A stretch of 62,999 nucleotides of DNA, counting the filler, from Folioceros fuciformis (taxonomy: Eukaryota): NCBI GenBank assembly GCA_049999805.1. It is 14 parts of 14 records of this genome, joined end to end, with 100 filler letters (N's around TTAATTAATTAA, not from the genome) between each part and the next. Parts side by side here need not be neighbours in the genome. Positions count along the whole stretch, not along the records: positions 35,878 to 36,907 come from JBNGIO010003040.1; positions 37,008 to 42,667 come from JBNGIO010003041.1; positions 42,768 to 46,390 come from JBNGIO010003042.1; positions 46,491 to 48,135 come from JBNGIO010003043.1; 10 more parts are not named here. One strand, 5' to 3'. The notes beneath the pieces were generated by a model. That model was not told the origin of the DNA. It worked only from the letters and a program-made list of their open reading frames with translations, and did no database searches. Below are positions 36,184 to 48,235 of this stretch, one piece after another. The position numbers and the translations under genes are program-made. Numbering within the stretch: the stretch's first letter is position 1; every line of letters starts with the position of its first letter.

Positions 36184-36907
36184 TGTCACCCCCGCCATGC
36201 TCAAAGGAGGTTAAAACAAGTTAGTTGAAGCAAGATGCAGAATCCCAAAACTAAGAGCACTATAACAAGGCTCTTAAACTAAAATAAAAAGGAGAATTAC
36301 AAAAACAACACAATACAAGTGAAGAGGGAGTTAGACTACCTCTACTAAGTGGGTTCATCCCTTCTTTTATGGACCTATGGGTGGCACTCTCATTTTGTGC
36401 CCAATATGGGATAAATGACCCCAACCAAACCCTACAATACTTCTTTTGCCCAACATAGCAAAGTCTAATAAGCTATATATATTTATATATATTAATCATA
36501 ACCTTAATCACTCTTACCACTAATTAGTACAAACTCAATAAGCTGGATTAGCACTAATTAATCTCAACATTAATCATGCTTAACACCAGCCCCCTAAGAA
36601 CCTTGGCTTCAGCCTCCTCTCAAACAGCCATGAGGGCATCTTCTACGTGCATGGCTGTTGCGGTCCCTTGAGGTGCTGCTTGCTGCACCCTTGTCACCTC
36701 CGGCTGAGCTATTCTCACGCTCTTCCTAGGGTTCTGGCAAAGCACGCTGCCCGCCACGTGCCCCTATTGTTTGCAGTCTTGGCACAACCTATCAAAATCC
36801 CTACTGGCCTGCCAAGTTGTTGATGGACATCTGTTAGCATAGTGTCTAAATCCACGACAATTGTAGCACTGGACAACTGTTAAGAGTGAAACCCCGTTAG
36901 GGTTCTT
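36184..36907 (-). mobile_element. 402-bp LTR + PPT directly downstream of gag zinc knuckles (TR-GAG-like)
   Basis: Minus strand: CYNCRGFRHYANRC and CQDCKQ*GHVAGSVLC, then TTAGGGGGCTGG|TGTTAAG at 36585, ending GGGGGTGACA at 36184. Confidence 0.65.
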
Positions 36908-37007
36908 NNNNNNNNNNNNNNNNNNNNNNNNNNNNNNNNNNNNNNNNNNNNTTAATTAATTAANNNNNNNNNNNNNNNNNNNNNNNNNNNNNNNNNNNNN
37001 NNNNNNN

Positions 37008-40000
37008 CTCTGGTCCATCTATAGATAGTGTCGTAAGTATTCCTCTTGGATTCTGTTTACCCTTTTTGTAGATCCATCTATATCAGGGTGATATGTTGTG
37101 CTTAAACATAGTTGCACTCCTAAGCTCTTCATAAGCTGTTGCCAAAATTTTGCTGTGAATTTGGGATCTCTGTTACTCACAATTTGCATAGGCAATCCAG
37201 GTAACACATAGATATGCTTCTTAAACAATTGAGAATTTCTAAAGCCTTCACTTGCTTCTTCGTGGGGATAAAGTGTGCTTGCTTGCTGAACCTATCAACA
37301 ATTGTCATGATAGCTGTGTATCCAATATTGGGTGGCAATAACATAACAAAATCCATTGATATACTCTTCAAAGGCCCACTTGGAATAGGCAAGGGTTGCA
37401 ACAAACCTTGCGGATTTGTCTGCTCTACCTTATCCTGCTGATAGTCTACACAGGACTTCACATATTCTACAGTATGTTTGTACATTCTAGGCTAGTAAAA
37501 CAGCTTCTTCAACTTCTCATAAGTTGTGTTAATTCCCCGATGACCAACATTTGGCACATCGTGACATTCTGCAAGCAACTTCCTTCTCAACTCTTGAGAA
37601 TCAGGAATCACAATCCTGTTTTGCTTGAACATTAACAAGCCATTTCTAAGCTTAAACTTAGACCCGGGTTGCTCCACCTCATTGATCCAATCTTGCACTA
37701 ATGGATCACGCAGATAAGCCTCCTTAATTTGCGTGTGAGTGTCCTTTGGCTCAATCACCATCTGTGTTGCAGCTAGCTTAGGACCCTTTAGCTTAAAAAC
37801 AGGTATTGAACTTAACTCATGCTTGCGACTAAGAGCATCTGCCACGAGATTCTCCTTCCCTAGCTTGTACTTAATCTCCACATCATACATCGCTAAGAAA
37901 TCTTGCCATCTAGCTTGTCTTGCATTTAGTTGCAGCTGATTAGAAAAGAAGCTTGTACTTACGTTATCTGTGTATAGCACAAAAGATCTTCCAAGAAGAT
38001 AGTGTCTCCAAATCTTGAGACAATTGATGACGGCAGTCATCTCCTTCTTATATGTGGGGTATTTCCTCTCATGTTCATGCAACTTTCTTGATTCGTAAGC
38101 CACTGGCCTACCTTCTTGCATAAACACTCCTCCTACAGTTGTATTTGATGCATCAGTATACACTTCTATATCTTTCTTTGGATCATAGATTGCTAATACT
38201 GGGGTAGTGTTGAGTTTCAACTTGAGAAACTCGACTGCCCTTTAACATTCCTCATCCCACTTCCAAGCCTTCGCCTTCTTCAAGAGATCAGTTAATGGGG
38301 CAGCAATTTTGGCAAACATCGATACAAATCTTCTGTACCCGCTAGCCAATCCTAAAAACATATGCACTTTGTGCACATTGCTTGGCGGTAGCCAACTCTG
38401 TATGGCCTTTACCTTATCAGGATCCATCCTGATTCCATCAGCAGAGACAATGAATCCAAGGAAGTCTATCTCTTCCTTAACAAAGTCACACTTTGTTATA
38501 GCTAAGAACAAAGAATTTGCCCTTAACCTTTCTTTCTTTCGCGAAGAAAAGGTCTGATTATCCGTAGCTCAAGCTACATCCAGAGTACACCACTTGCACA
38601 CACAACTGCAAAGGCATTAGTCTAACCGCAAATTCCAAGACTGCAAACATAAACAAATATGATCTATCGTGCCAACGAGAGAACCCTCTTCAATGGGTGG
38701 CTCACCTCCCCCACGGGCAGGAGTGGTTCCACTGGTCATTATGCTCGAGGAATCCGGCTATCTTCCACTCACTTCGTCTGAGCTTGTTGTGGGCGGAAGT
38801 ACGAATGCTCTCCGCAGTCACCAGGACCTGTTCCCAGATACGCCAAAGTAGAGCTTTCCTTGATATCGGGTCATTACCGCCATAGACCATTGTTGTCTAA
38901 TTTTGCCACAGGGCGAAGAGAGATAGAGACCAAACCACTCCCCACCACTGCTTCTGGACAAGAGGCTCTCCTGTCCGCTCATCAAGCTCGAATAGGGCGG
39001 TTTGTTCTGTAACCAAAATGGTTCTCTCTGGGAGAAGGTTTTGAAGCCACCTGCCAACTTCAATCCAAACAGCTTGCGCATAGTCGCACTGAAAGAAGAT
39101 ATGTTGGCTTTTGTGAGAGGCTCCCACACTACAAAGCCAACACCACTCCTCCCCTGTGGCTGCCAGCAACCCGTCCTAGCCATCTGCGTTAGGCAAACAA
39201 GCTTGAAAGAAACACCAGATGGTAACCCGCACCTTGGGGGGAACCTCAATGGTTGACCACAGGAGTTTAATTGTTGCCTTCTGGCGACGTTAGGAGATCC
39301 TCAATCTAGGAGCCAGTCAACTTCGCTGAAGCGATTTCTGTGCGCGCACCAATCGAAGGTAGATGGCTGCCGAAGGAAAGTTGAAGAGTGATCTCGCGTC
39401 CGCTTGCATCCATTCGGAGCTCCCATGCCACGTATACAGGTCAGGTCTCATCACTAATTCCCAATTCTCCTTCAATCAAAACCAACATCTTACAGGACTT
39501 TGGTGCAGAGGTTGCTTCTTGCTGTCATGTTCTTCTTGGGTGAGCCAATGCCCCGCACCTTAACCTTTAACCCTTAACCTTACGCCCTTAACCTTTCCAA
39601 CACTTTCCTCAAGTGTTGGACATGCTCCTCTAAGGTCGAACTGAATATCAAAATGTCATCCAAGTAGATCACAACACACTCATCCAACAGATCTCTGAAT
39701 ATAGCATTCATGAGAGTCTGAAATGTGGTTGGTGCGTTAGTAAGTCCAAATGGCATGACTAGAAATTCAAAAGATCCATACCTTGTGCTACAAGCAGTTT
39801 TGTATTCATGTCCTTCTGCGATGTGAATTTGGTAATAACTAGCCATCAAATCTAGTCAGGTAAAATACTTAGCACCGTTCAACTTGTCAAACATATGATC
39901 CATCCTTGGCAAAGGATAGGAATTCTTGACTGTTATCTGGTTGAGTGCTCTGTAATCCAAGCATAACCTTAATCCTCCATTCTTCTTTCGCGTAAACAAT

Positions 40001-42067
40001 ATTGGCGCACCAAATGGGGATTTTGAGACTCTAACATAGCCCTTGTCTAACAAGTTAGACATTTGTCTCTTCAACTCTTGAAGCTCATCTAGCGACAATC
40101 TGTATGGCGTTCTTGAAGGAGGTACACTTCCTGCCTTTAGATCAATCTCATGATCTACAACTCTCCTCTGAGGTAAAGGAGGTAACTCATTAGGCATCAA
40201 GTCTTTAAACTCATCTAAGACAGGTTGTATCTCCTTTGGAATCTTTGGTTGCTTTTGAGACTCCATCTCAAGACCATCTTCTAGTCCTTGCAACATCAAC
40301 AAATAGAGTTCCTCTCCATTTTTAACACAACGCTTGAGCTCTTTCTTAGAGATGATTTCATCAATCTTGTATCCAAGCTGATGCTCAAGAACTGCACAAC
40401 TCACTTTGTGCTTTTCATCTCCTAAGATCTATATGGTGCGTGAGTCTACATCTACACATACCTTATTGGCCTTCATCCATTCTATGCCCAAGATTATTTC
40501 ATGATCATCCATATCTACAACTGTGAAGCTTGCTTGTCCTGTCCAATTGCCTATCTGCAAAGGGACTTTTTGCAGCTGCCCTAACAACTGCACCTTTCCT
40601 TTTGCTTGTTTCACTGTACATGGCTCTGAAGTACTAGCCCATGTCAAACTAAGCTTACTTGCTATGCCAGGAGAAATGAAATTATGTCTTGCTGCTACAT
40701 CAAGCAACATCTTCGCTTCTTCACGATTCACACATCCTTCTATATACATGAGCTCTCCACCCGCCCTATGAATAATGCTGTCCTCAGCATCTTGCGACTC
40801 ACCACATGTAGCCTGTGCAACATGTGGCCAATCCCGTCACTTGGGATTGTCAGATCCGGATACTTTTATAATCCTGAGTCTTTGGGGCAGTGGGTTGTCT
40901 TGAACAACATTCAAAGTTTGTTGAGCATTGGGGCATTCATTTGCATAATGTCCCGGCTCTCCATAAGAAAAACAAACTCCTTTCCGAGAACCCATTGTCA
41001 CTGTTCTCTTAGCTCCGCGCGCCCTGTGCACTCCTCAATTTCCCCCACGGAAGCTCCCACTAGAGTTGCCTCTTACAACTATACTTCTTTCATTATCCTT
41101 GGGAGTTCCTCTGCCAACACTGTTGGAAGAAACCCTAGTCTGCATATACCGTCCACGGGTATTACCTCGAAATCTTCGTGAGGAGTTGGATGTGCTGGAA
41201 TGAAAGGTATCTGGGATAGCATCTGCTGCTGTTATGGCCTCTGCCGAAGTCATTGGACTATACAACTCAATTCTGTTAGTAGTCCAGTCCTTCAAACCAA
41301 CCATGAGGCGATGTAGTTTGTCAACTTCACTCATTGAAGTACAATGCATAAGAACTTCACTAAAGGCACTTACATATTCCCGTACAGTACCTGTCTGCTT
41401 TATATTATCAAGCAGCTGCCGCCTCAAACGAGAAGCATTCGCAAGTTGGAACTGCTTCTTCAATGCCTCTTTAAAAGATGCCCAATTTGTGATGGTATGT
41501 GCTCGATTTCCTTGGGCTACATTAGCACAATAACTTCGCCAGCACACCAAAGCATACCCTTTTAGAAAGTTGCCCATAGTACCTAAGTAATGCTTAGGCT
41601 CTAGGCCAGATGAAGCAAGATATCTTTCAATAGAGTAAATCCAGGAATCAATAGCTTGTAGATCCCTTACTCCCTCATACTTATCTGGCACGGCCAACTT
41701 CAGATTTGCCCTCAGAACTGCTTCAAAGATATGAAAAGGATCTTGATTGTCTTCCACTTTCTCATTCTGTAGAGCTATAGGCTGTGGATTCTTCCTTGCC
41801 TTTTTCCCAGATGCTGTTAAATCTTGAAGAACTTCAGGCAATACTTTAGGAAGAATTTGTCGTAAGGCGACCATCATCTGCGACTTCCAATCTTCAAATT
41901 TTTCTCTGGATGGTCCTGCTAAGTCGGTAGGCAGCATCTCCTTGTCTTGATTCTCTTCAAGTTGTTGAGGTGGGGGATTAGGAGAAACCTCTCATATCTA
42001 CATCCTCTGGCGCTTAGCCATCTTGGAGGAATAGATTGTGCTTTGATACCAACTAAGTAACACCCCC
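37008..42067 (-). mobile_element. Chromovirus-type Ty3/Gypsy (Galadriel-like) PBS-gag-PR-RT-RH-INT, disrupted
   Basis: PBS TGGTATCAAAGC 42040-42051; gag 41035-41937; degenerate protease LLDVAARHNFIS; RT ([26 protein letters not shown]); RH (DAS, ESRKL, WRHYLLG, NLVADALSR); INT (ISMDFV, VDRFSKQAHFIP). Lineage name inferred from motifs. Confidence 0.93.
38533..39583 (-). mobile_element. 5'-truncated L1-like LINE inserted in the Gypsy RT
   Basis: 14-bp TSD GCCCTTAACCTTTC at 38519-38532 and 39584-39597; removing the insert restores LERLRANSLFLAITK. zf-RVT-like CWLC..HIFFQC..AQAVW; (GAAA)n 3' tail. Confidence 0.92.
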
Positions 42068-42667
42068 TGTAGGGTTATTAAAGCCCAATGTGCTTAGATT
42101 AATGTGTTTAGTCTAAGATTAGTGTCTAGTTAAATATCATTAGTTTAGATTAGCTTAAGCTAATCTGTAGGAAGCTTCTTGTGAAGCTTCCTAGGGAGCT
42201 CTTCTAAAGGGTATAAATACCCCCTTGAGCTCCCTTGGATATTGAGACTTTGTGTGAGAGGGTGACCTCGCCTTTTTCCTCCTCCTTGCCTCTCCTCCTC
42301 TCCTCCTTCACCATGTAGCTCCTGTAGCGATCCTACAAGTGGTATCAGAGCTAGAATTGTGGAGCAAGGGTGATGGCTCTCGCTACAGCGGACACAGTGT
42401 GCAAGGCCCTAAGGATGGACATTTAGGAGGAGCATTGGGAGCTCATGGTGCTTGGAGCGCAAGGCACCGGGAGCTCAAGGAGCTAGGGTGTAGGTGCTGG
42501 CGCCTCGAGCGCCAACCCATCTGCGGTCGCAGGCGCTGGCGCCTCGAGCACCAGGCCCGGCCGCCGGGGTGCGGACAGGCCGTGGAGGCTACCAGGTCCG
42601 CGGGGGCGCCTGAACCCCGGGCTGGGCGCCAGCCCTCGGACACAGGGGGCGGGCAGTCCATGGCCGC
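42068..42667 (+). mobile_element. Tork-like family 5' LTR (42068-42337), PBS and GC-rich 5' UTR, inserted in the Gypsy 5' LTR
   Basis: TGTAGG..CCTACA, homologous to 49866-50128 in reverse; TGGTATCAGAGC 42340-42351. Confidence 0.92.
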
Positions 42668-42767
42668 NNNNNNNNNNNNNNNNNNNNNNNNNNNNNNNNN
42701 NNNNNNNNNNNTTAATTAATTAANNNNNNNNNNNNNNNNNNNNNNNNNNNNNNNNNNNNNNNNNNNN

Positions 42768-43259
42768 GCCTTGTGCTCGCTGTTAATCAATTTATCGATC
42801 TATAAAAACATGACTATTCAGAGGGAGAGGCATGTTGTCGCGATGGACATTGATATACGATGCACGACATACATGATGCAGAGAGTGAATGGCCTTGGTT
42901 CTTTGCAAGACGCTGATGAAGAAATCAGCACAGACCCGTTCTCTCATGTGCCCATAAAGTTTTGGGCTAAAAAAGTTTGCGCCGACGGAAGCGTGGATCG
43001 GCGGATGCAGGTGTACAGTTTGCTGGGGAAGAAAGGTGAAGTTATTACTCACTCAGACGACAGACCAGTGGAAGATCTGTATGCAATGACCATTTGGGAT
43101 GAGAATGGCACGCTTCTGCCTCAGACAGTGGATGATCCTCATTTCTTGGTTCTTGAGGTGGAAGGAGACGAAGGAGGCGACATAGAGGGCCAGCGCTTGA
43201 AGGACGTAGAGATAGTTGTCGATTCTGAGGCCATCCAAGATGTACATGACTTGATATAG
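42768..43259 (+). CDS. 3' part of an unidentified ORF (acidic C-terminus), possibly DNA-transposon encoded
   Basis: Open from the contig start for 163 codons with protein-like composition. No family recognised. Confidence 0.4.
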   Translation, partial: ALCSLLINLSIYKNMTIQRERHVVAMDIDIRCTTYMMQRVNGLGSLQDADEEISTDPFSHVPIKFWAKKVCADGSVDRRMQVYSLLGKKGEVITHSDDRPVEDLYAMTIWDENGTLLPQTVDDPHFLVLEVEGDEGGDIEGQRLKDVEIVVDSEAIQDVHDLI

Positions 43260-43577
43260 ACAAGATTTGAAAATACTTGCAGTTTGTGGTAAAGGTTTTT
43301 TATTCATAACAGGCACATAGCCAGGTTCTTTTTAGTGAACCACATTGTCTACCGGCGCACTCGAAGGAGGATTCGGCAAAATTTAATCGGTCTTCTACTT
43401 TATGTCTCAGTTGGATTGAGTTGGTTTAGACATTTTTGATTATGTGTGGTATCCATGACATGTCCTAACAAAATGTTTTTAAAAATATAGCTTAAATGTG
43501 GATATGTGACTAGGATGGTGTACATTCAAAAGTGCGCCAAACGGGCTTTATGGAATACGACCGTTAGGCGTAGACCG

Positions 43578-46000
43578 CTCCAGGAGCGAATCCATCTACG
43601 ACTGCATTGCCTTCTCCCTCTTGTCCTTGTTAGTCACTCACATGGCCTCTTAGTAACGAGAGGGCTCCCCACAATCCGTCAGCATGACATAATCCAGAGA
43701 TGCAACATACCTGTCAGGAGGGCGTGAGACCCTTCCTGACCTACGAAGCACTGGCGCCTAGACCGGAGCTGGTTGCACTCTCTCCTCTTCTACAAGTGGA
43801 GGAACTTGTTCCTGCACATCACGACGTTCAACCTTTCGCGGGACGGTCAAGTCCATTTTCTTGGAAGACCACCCATCGCACCTCCACAGTTGGAGTAGGC
43901 TTCTTGTGCATCTTGGTCTCATTGAAGAACACGTCATTGCTACGAACCACCCTCTTGGCCTCTGGATCCCATAGACGGTATCCCATCTCACCAGATTCAC
44001 CTTAGCTAAGAAAAATACATTTTCTTGACTTGGGAGCCAACTTGTCCCGAAACTCCTTCGGAACGTGGTAGTATGCCTTGTAGATTAACAGTCGTAGATG
44101 CTTGTATGACAGCTTCCTTCCAAACCACGTCTCCTCTGGAACCTAGTCATCCACAGCCCTATTAGGAGATCTGTTAATAAGATGCACTGCAGTAGCACTA
44201 CTTCTGCCCAAAATCCGTTATGCAATCTAGAGTTTGACAACAAACTACGCATCCTCTCCTGGATGGTCCTATTCATCCGTTCAGCCACACCATTCTGAGG
44301 AGGAGTATACGGCGCAATCAATTCTCTCTTGATTCCCTTGGAATCATAGAATGACTAGAAAGCCTTCGAAACATACTCTCCCCCATTGTCTGTCCTTAGA
44401 CACTTCAGTCGGAGGCCAGACTGATTCTCCACAAGGGTGACGAATTTCTAACAGACTGTCAAAGCATCATCCTTTTTCCTCAAACGATAAACCCACACCT
44501 TGCATGAGAAATCATCAATGAAAGTGACAAAATACAATGCACCGCCTAACGATATAGTGAGCATAGGTCCACAAACGTCACTGTGAACCAATTCAAGAGG
44601 TTTACTTTTGTGTTTACCTCTTGCTCCATGTGGTGACTTTGTGTGTTTCCCGTACCAACAATGCTCACACATGGAGAAATCGGAGAAGTCAAAAGCAGGG
44701 ATGTAACCAAAACCAGATAGTATCTTCATTCCTTTTTTAGACATATGTTCTAACCGACTATGCTACAAGGAAATACTTGGTTGTTCCGTTACACAAATCA
44801 CATGATCCTTGACAGTGGTTACCTAAATTGAGTACAAAGTGCCACACTTTGATCCACGAGCTAACACAAGAGAACCTTTGGAGATCTTCCAAGAACGATC
44901 TCCAAACCAACAATGGTAGCCAGCGTCATCCAACTGCCCTGTGCTAATCATGCTTTTTGTCAACTTCGGAACATGCCTAACATCCTTCAATGTGAATGAA
45001 GATCTGTTGTCGAACTTCAGCTGCACATCACCAACGCCTACAATCTCGCACGCATAGTTATTTCCAAGCCGAACACATCCTTTCCTAGTAGCATCATAAG
45101 TGCTAAACCACTCCCTATGCGGATTAACATGAAAAGATGCTCCAGAGTCAATTATCCAATTAGAAAATAAGTGACTCTCCACGGCTATCAGTTGTGCAGA
45201 ATCGAAGGAAGAAGAGATAAGAACATCTCCATTGTCAACAAAGTTCACCTCATCATGCTTGTTACTCGGACTTGCCTTGTTGTCGCTCTGCTTCTTCTCC
45301 TTGCCTCTATCCTTCTTGAACTTCTCGCAGTCCCTTCTGATGTGTCCCTTTTTGTGACAATGGTAACACTCAACATTGTTACGACTACAAGACTTACTCC
45401 GGGAACGACTTCGCTCCTTGTACTTCCCCTTTGAAGTGGACCTTCCTCTCATCATGAGGGTTTTGGAACCTTTCGAAGGTTCCATATTCTTCCTGTTCAC
45501 CTCCTCTATTAACAGGCTACCTTCTACATGTACAACGGTAAGACCACTGGCAGGAGCGAAATTACTTAGAGCTGTACGAAAGGTGTCCCAACTCTCTAGT
45601 AATGTGACCAATAGAAACATAGCTCTCACTGAATCTAGGAACGAGATACCTTGAGATGAGAGCTGGCTAAAAATGGTATTGAACTCGTTTAGATGATCGG
45701 ACATCCTCGTCCCTTCCTTCATCTTCAAGTCCACTAGCTGTTTCAACCAGTACACCTAAGAAGCCGCACTTTGCTTCTCATACAGGTCACACAACTTCTG
45801 CCATAGCTCGTAACTTGTGGTCTTGTCTTTCACGTTGAAGTAGACCGACTTCGACAATGTTAGCATCATGGTAGACCTAGGAAGCTCATCTACATCCTGC
45901 CACTCATCCTGAGTCATGCTAACAAGTTTCACTCCTAGCAACTTTATCGGCTTGATTTGCTTCTTCTGCACTAGAACATTGTACACTTGTTCTTTCTAGA
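43578..46000 (-). mobile_element. Tnt1/Tork-like Copia fragment (gag to start of RT)
   Basis: Collinear with about 51640-54058; LVHSDVCGP, PQNGVAERMNRT. Confidence 0.93.
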
Positions 46001-46346
46001 AGAGAAAATTAAGTGGCGTGAGAAGCATAATCCTTATTGTGACCGAGTGCCTTATGAAGGCACTAAAACCGTTATTACAGTTAGGGTTTCGATTCACTTG
46101 TAACTTAAATTAAACCCGCTAATATCTAGAGAATTACTAAACTGTATTTTATATATAATAATAAATATAAATGCAATATGCCACTGCTAGACTATACTAC
46201 AATTACACTTCTAATTTCTTTTTCTCCCACTTAGGCTAGTATGTGGCATATCGTTTCACTTCGCGTTCGTTCGTCTTGACCAAATCCTGAATCATGCACC
46301 TCAACGAGACTCGTCAGCGCTTCGCGATGCTTAAATGATTGAATTC

Positions 46347-46745
46347 TGTGGAGGCAAAACCCCGGGCACTGATTGCCGACGGATTCCACCNNNNNNNNNN
46401 NNNNNNNNNNNNNNNNNNNNNNNNNNNNNNNNNNTTAATTAATTAANNNNNNNNNNNNNNNNNNNNNNNNNNNNNNNNNNNNNNNNNNNNAGGAGTCAGT
46501 AGGGAAGTGTAGAAGGTAGTGGTGTCATTGTTAGTTGTTGGTGCTAGTGCTGGAGTGAAAGAGTGAGTCAAGTGTGTGAGGGAAGTCGCAGATCTAAGAG
46601 GTTAGGGTCGTTGTAGTGACTGGAGTGAGTTTGTGGGCACCGAGAGAGGTGCAGCTGACCGCCGGACAGTGAGGCCTGTCCTACGCCTGATCGGAGCTGG
46701 AGGGGAGCCCTCGAATCCATCATCGAGTTGATCAAGTCCGACCCT
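46347..46745. mobile_element. Two LTR family G subfamily B fragments in opposite orientation on either side of a gap
   Basis: 46347-46390 begins TGTGGAGGCAAAACC; 46491-46745 is the reverse complement of about 26278-26532. Confidence 0.88.
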
Positions 46746-46910
46746 GGTGTATGCACTAAATCCAGCACTTGCGTTTGTCTCCTAGGCTTACTAGATCCAA
46801 AATGAGATTTAAATTGTTTGCCGTGCACACAAGCAACACAAAGATCTAGATCCGGTAAGTCTGACTCAGAGAAACCTGTCACCATCTTTTCTTTGAGCAA
46901 AGAAAAGATG
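46746..46910 (-). pseudogene. Copia GAG-pre-integrase fragment
   Basis: KEKMVTG..CVACVHGKQ..VLDLVHT. Confidence 0.8.
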
Positions 46911-47880
46911 GTGACAGCGCAAGGGGCAGCCTGAGAGTAGTAGCCGGGCGACGCAGGGTTCAGGCAGCCATGGCCGGCTGTCATGGATCGAATCCGTCAG
47001 GACGGCTGACTAAAGGCTCCACACAACCGGGGCCGGATCCAAAAGCCAGGCAGCGGCCCAGCTGCAGGCTCTCAAGCAGGCTCTCGGCCAGCCGGATCTG
47101 GTCAGACAGGTTGGCAGATCGGACTGGCGGCCTGCCTGGGCAAATCGGCCAGCCGGAGTGCAAGAGGCCCGGCTCGACCCCAGGGCTGGCTGTGGTTGGT
47201 CATGGCTGCAGGCAGCTTGGTACCGGCCAGGCGGGCGCTATCGGCCGGGCGGGATGCTGGAGGTGGGCTGTCGGCAGGGTGCTTTGGGCATGGCAGGCCG
47301 GGGCCGAATTCGTAAGCCGGTTGGTGGCCTGGCTGCAGGAGCCGAGCAAGGGTCGGTAGTGAGGGATAGCGGGATCCAAGCAGCCAGGCAGGCTGGCCTG
47401 GATCGTGGTGGGCAAGCAACCTGGCCGCTAGGCAACCGGGGCCGGATCGAGAAGCCTGCATGTGGCTCAGTGGCTGCTGGATTCAGTAGGCCAGGCGAGC
47501 AGCTGCTAGGGTCGAAGGCAGGGCACTCCAGGCTGAGGCAAACAGGCGGCAGGAGCCGGATCAGGGGCTACTATGGAGGGGTTAGCTAGGCCGGCTAGTT
47601 GGCCGGGCCATAGCGGCAGGGTGGAGCACGGTTTGGCCGGATCCTGGTGGCTTGGCTGTTTGCCCAGGCGGGTTTGGACAGCCAAGCCTAGCGGGTCGGG
47701 GTCGGACCCGGCTGCGGTCCTAGGGGCGAGCATGTAGGCAGGCGGGCTGATGGGGTGCCAAGCTTGCTGGCTGGTTGGCCGGCCAAATCGACAGAAGGTG
47801 GGCAAGCCAGGGCGGCTGGCTGGCTGGTAGTGGCAGCTACGAGGCAAGCACAGGTCGATTGCCCGATCTGAAACCAGGTG
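46911..47880. repeat. GC-rich low-complexity tract related to 30000-33235
   Basis: Same motif vocabulary; shared block GCCGGATC.G.GGCTACTATGGAGGGG. Confidence 0.7.
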
Positions 47881-48235
47881 ATAGCAAAGGCCTCTATCAA
47901 TGATAGCGTTGTAGGGAGGTGTCGAATTGAGGGCGAGTGGACGAGTGCGACTCAAGGGCTGGTGTTCCAGGTTTTGTTGCTAAAGGCATTTGTGCAGGAG
48001 GGGATGTTGGGGGTCCGAGTTCCAGAACCTGCTGGGGTTGGAAGGGGGAGGATGGATTGGGAATTGGCACAAGATTCATACGAAGGAACAATGGTTATGT
48101 GGGGCGTGGAATAGTCAACCTTGGCAGATCCCAATNNNNNNNNNNNNNNNNNNNNNNNNNNNNNNNNNNNNNNNNNNNNTTAATTAATTAANNNNNNNNN
48201 NNNNNNNNNNNNNNNNNNNNNNNNNNNNNNNNNNN

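Noticed and set aside
39558-39597. Interstitial telomere repeat
   Set aside because: The motif (CCTTAA/CCCTTAA) derives from the Gypsy RT codons at the LINE target site and is not CCCTAAA.
42068-42337. 5' LTR belonging to the same insertion as 49866-54580
   Set aside because: Flanks do not form a TSD (CCCCC vs TATAC) and the LTRs are visibly diverged; same family, different copy.
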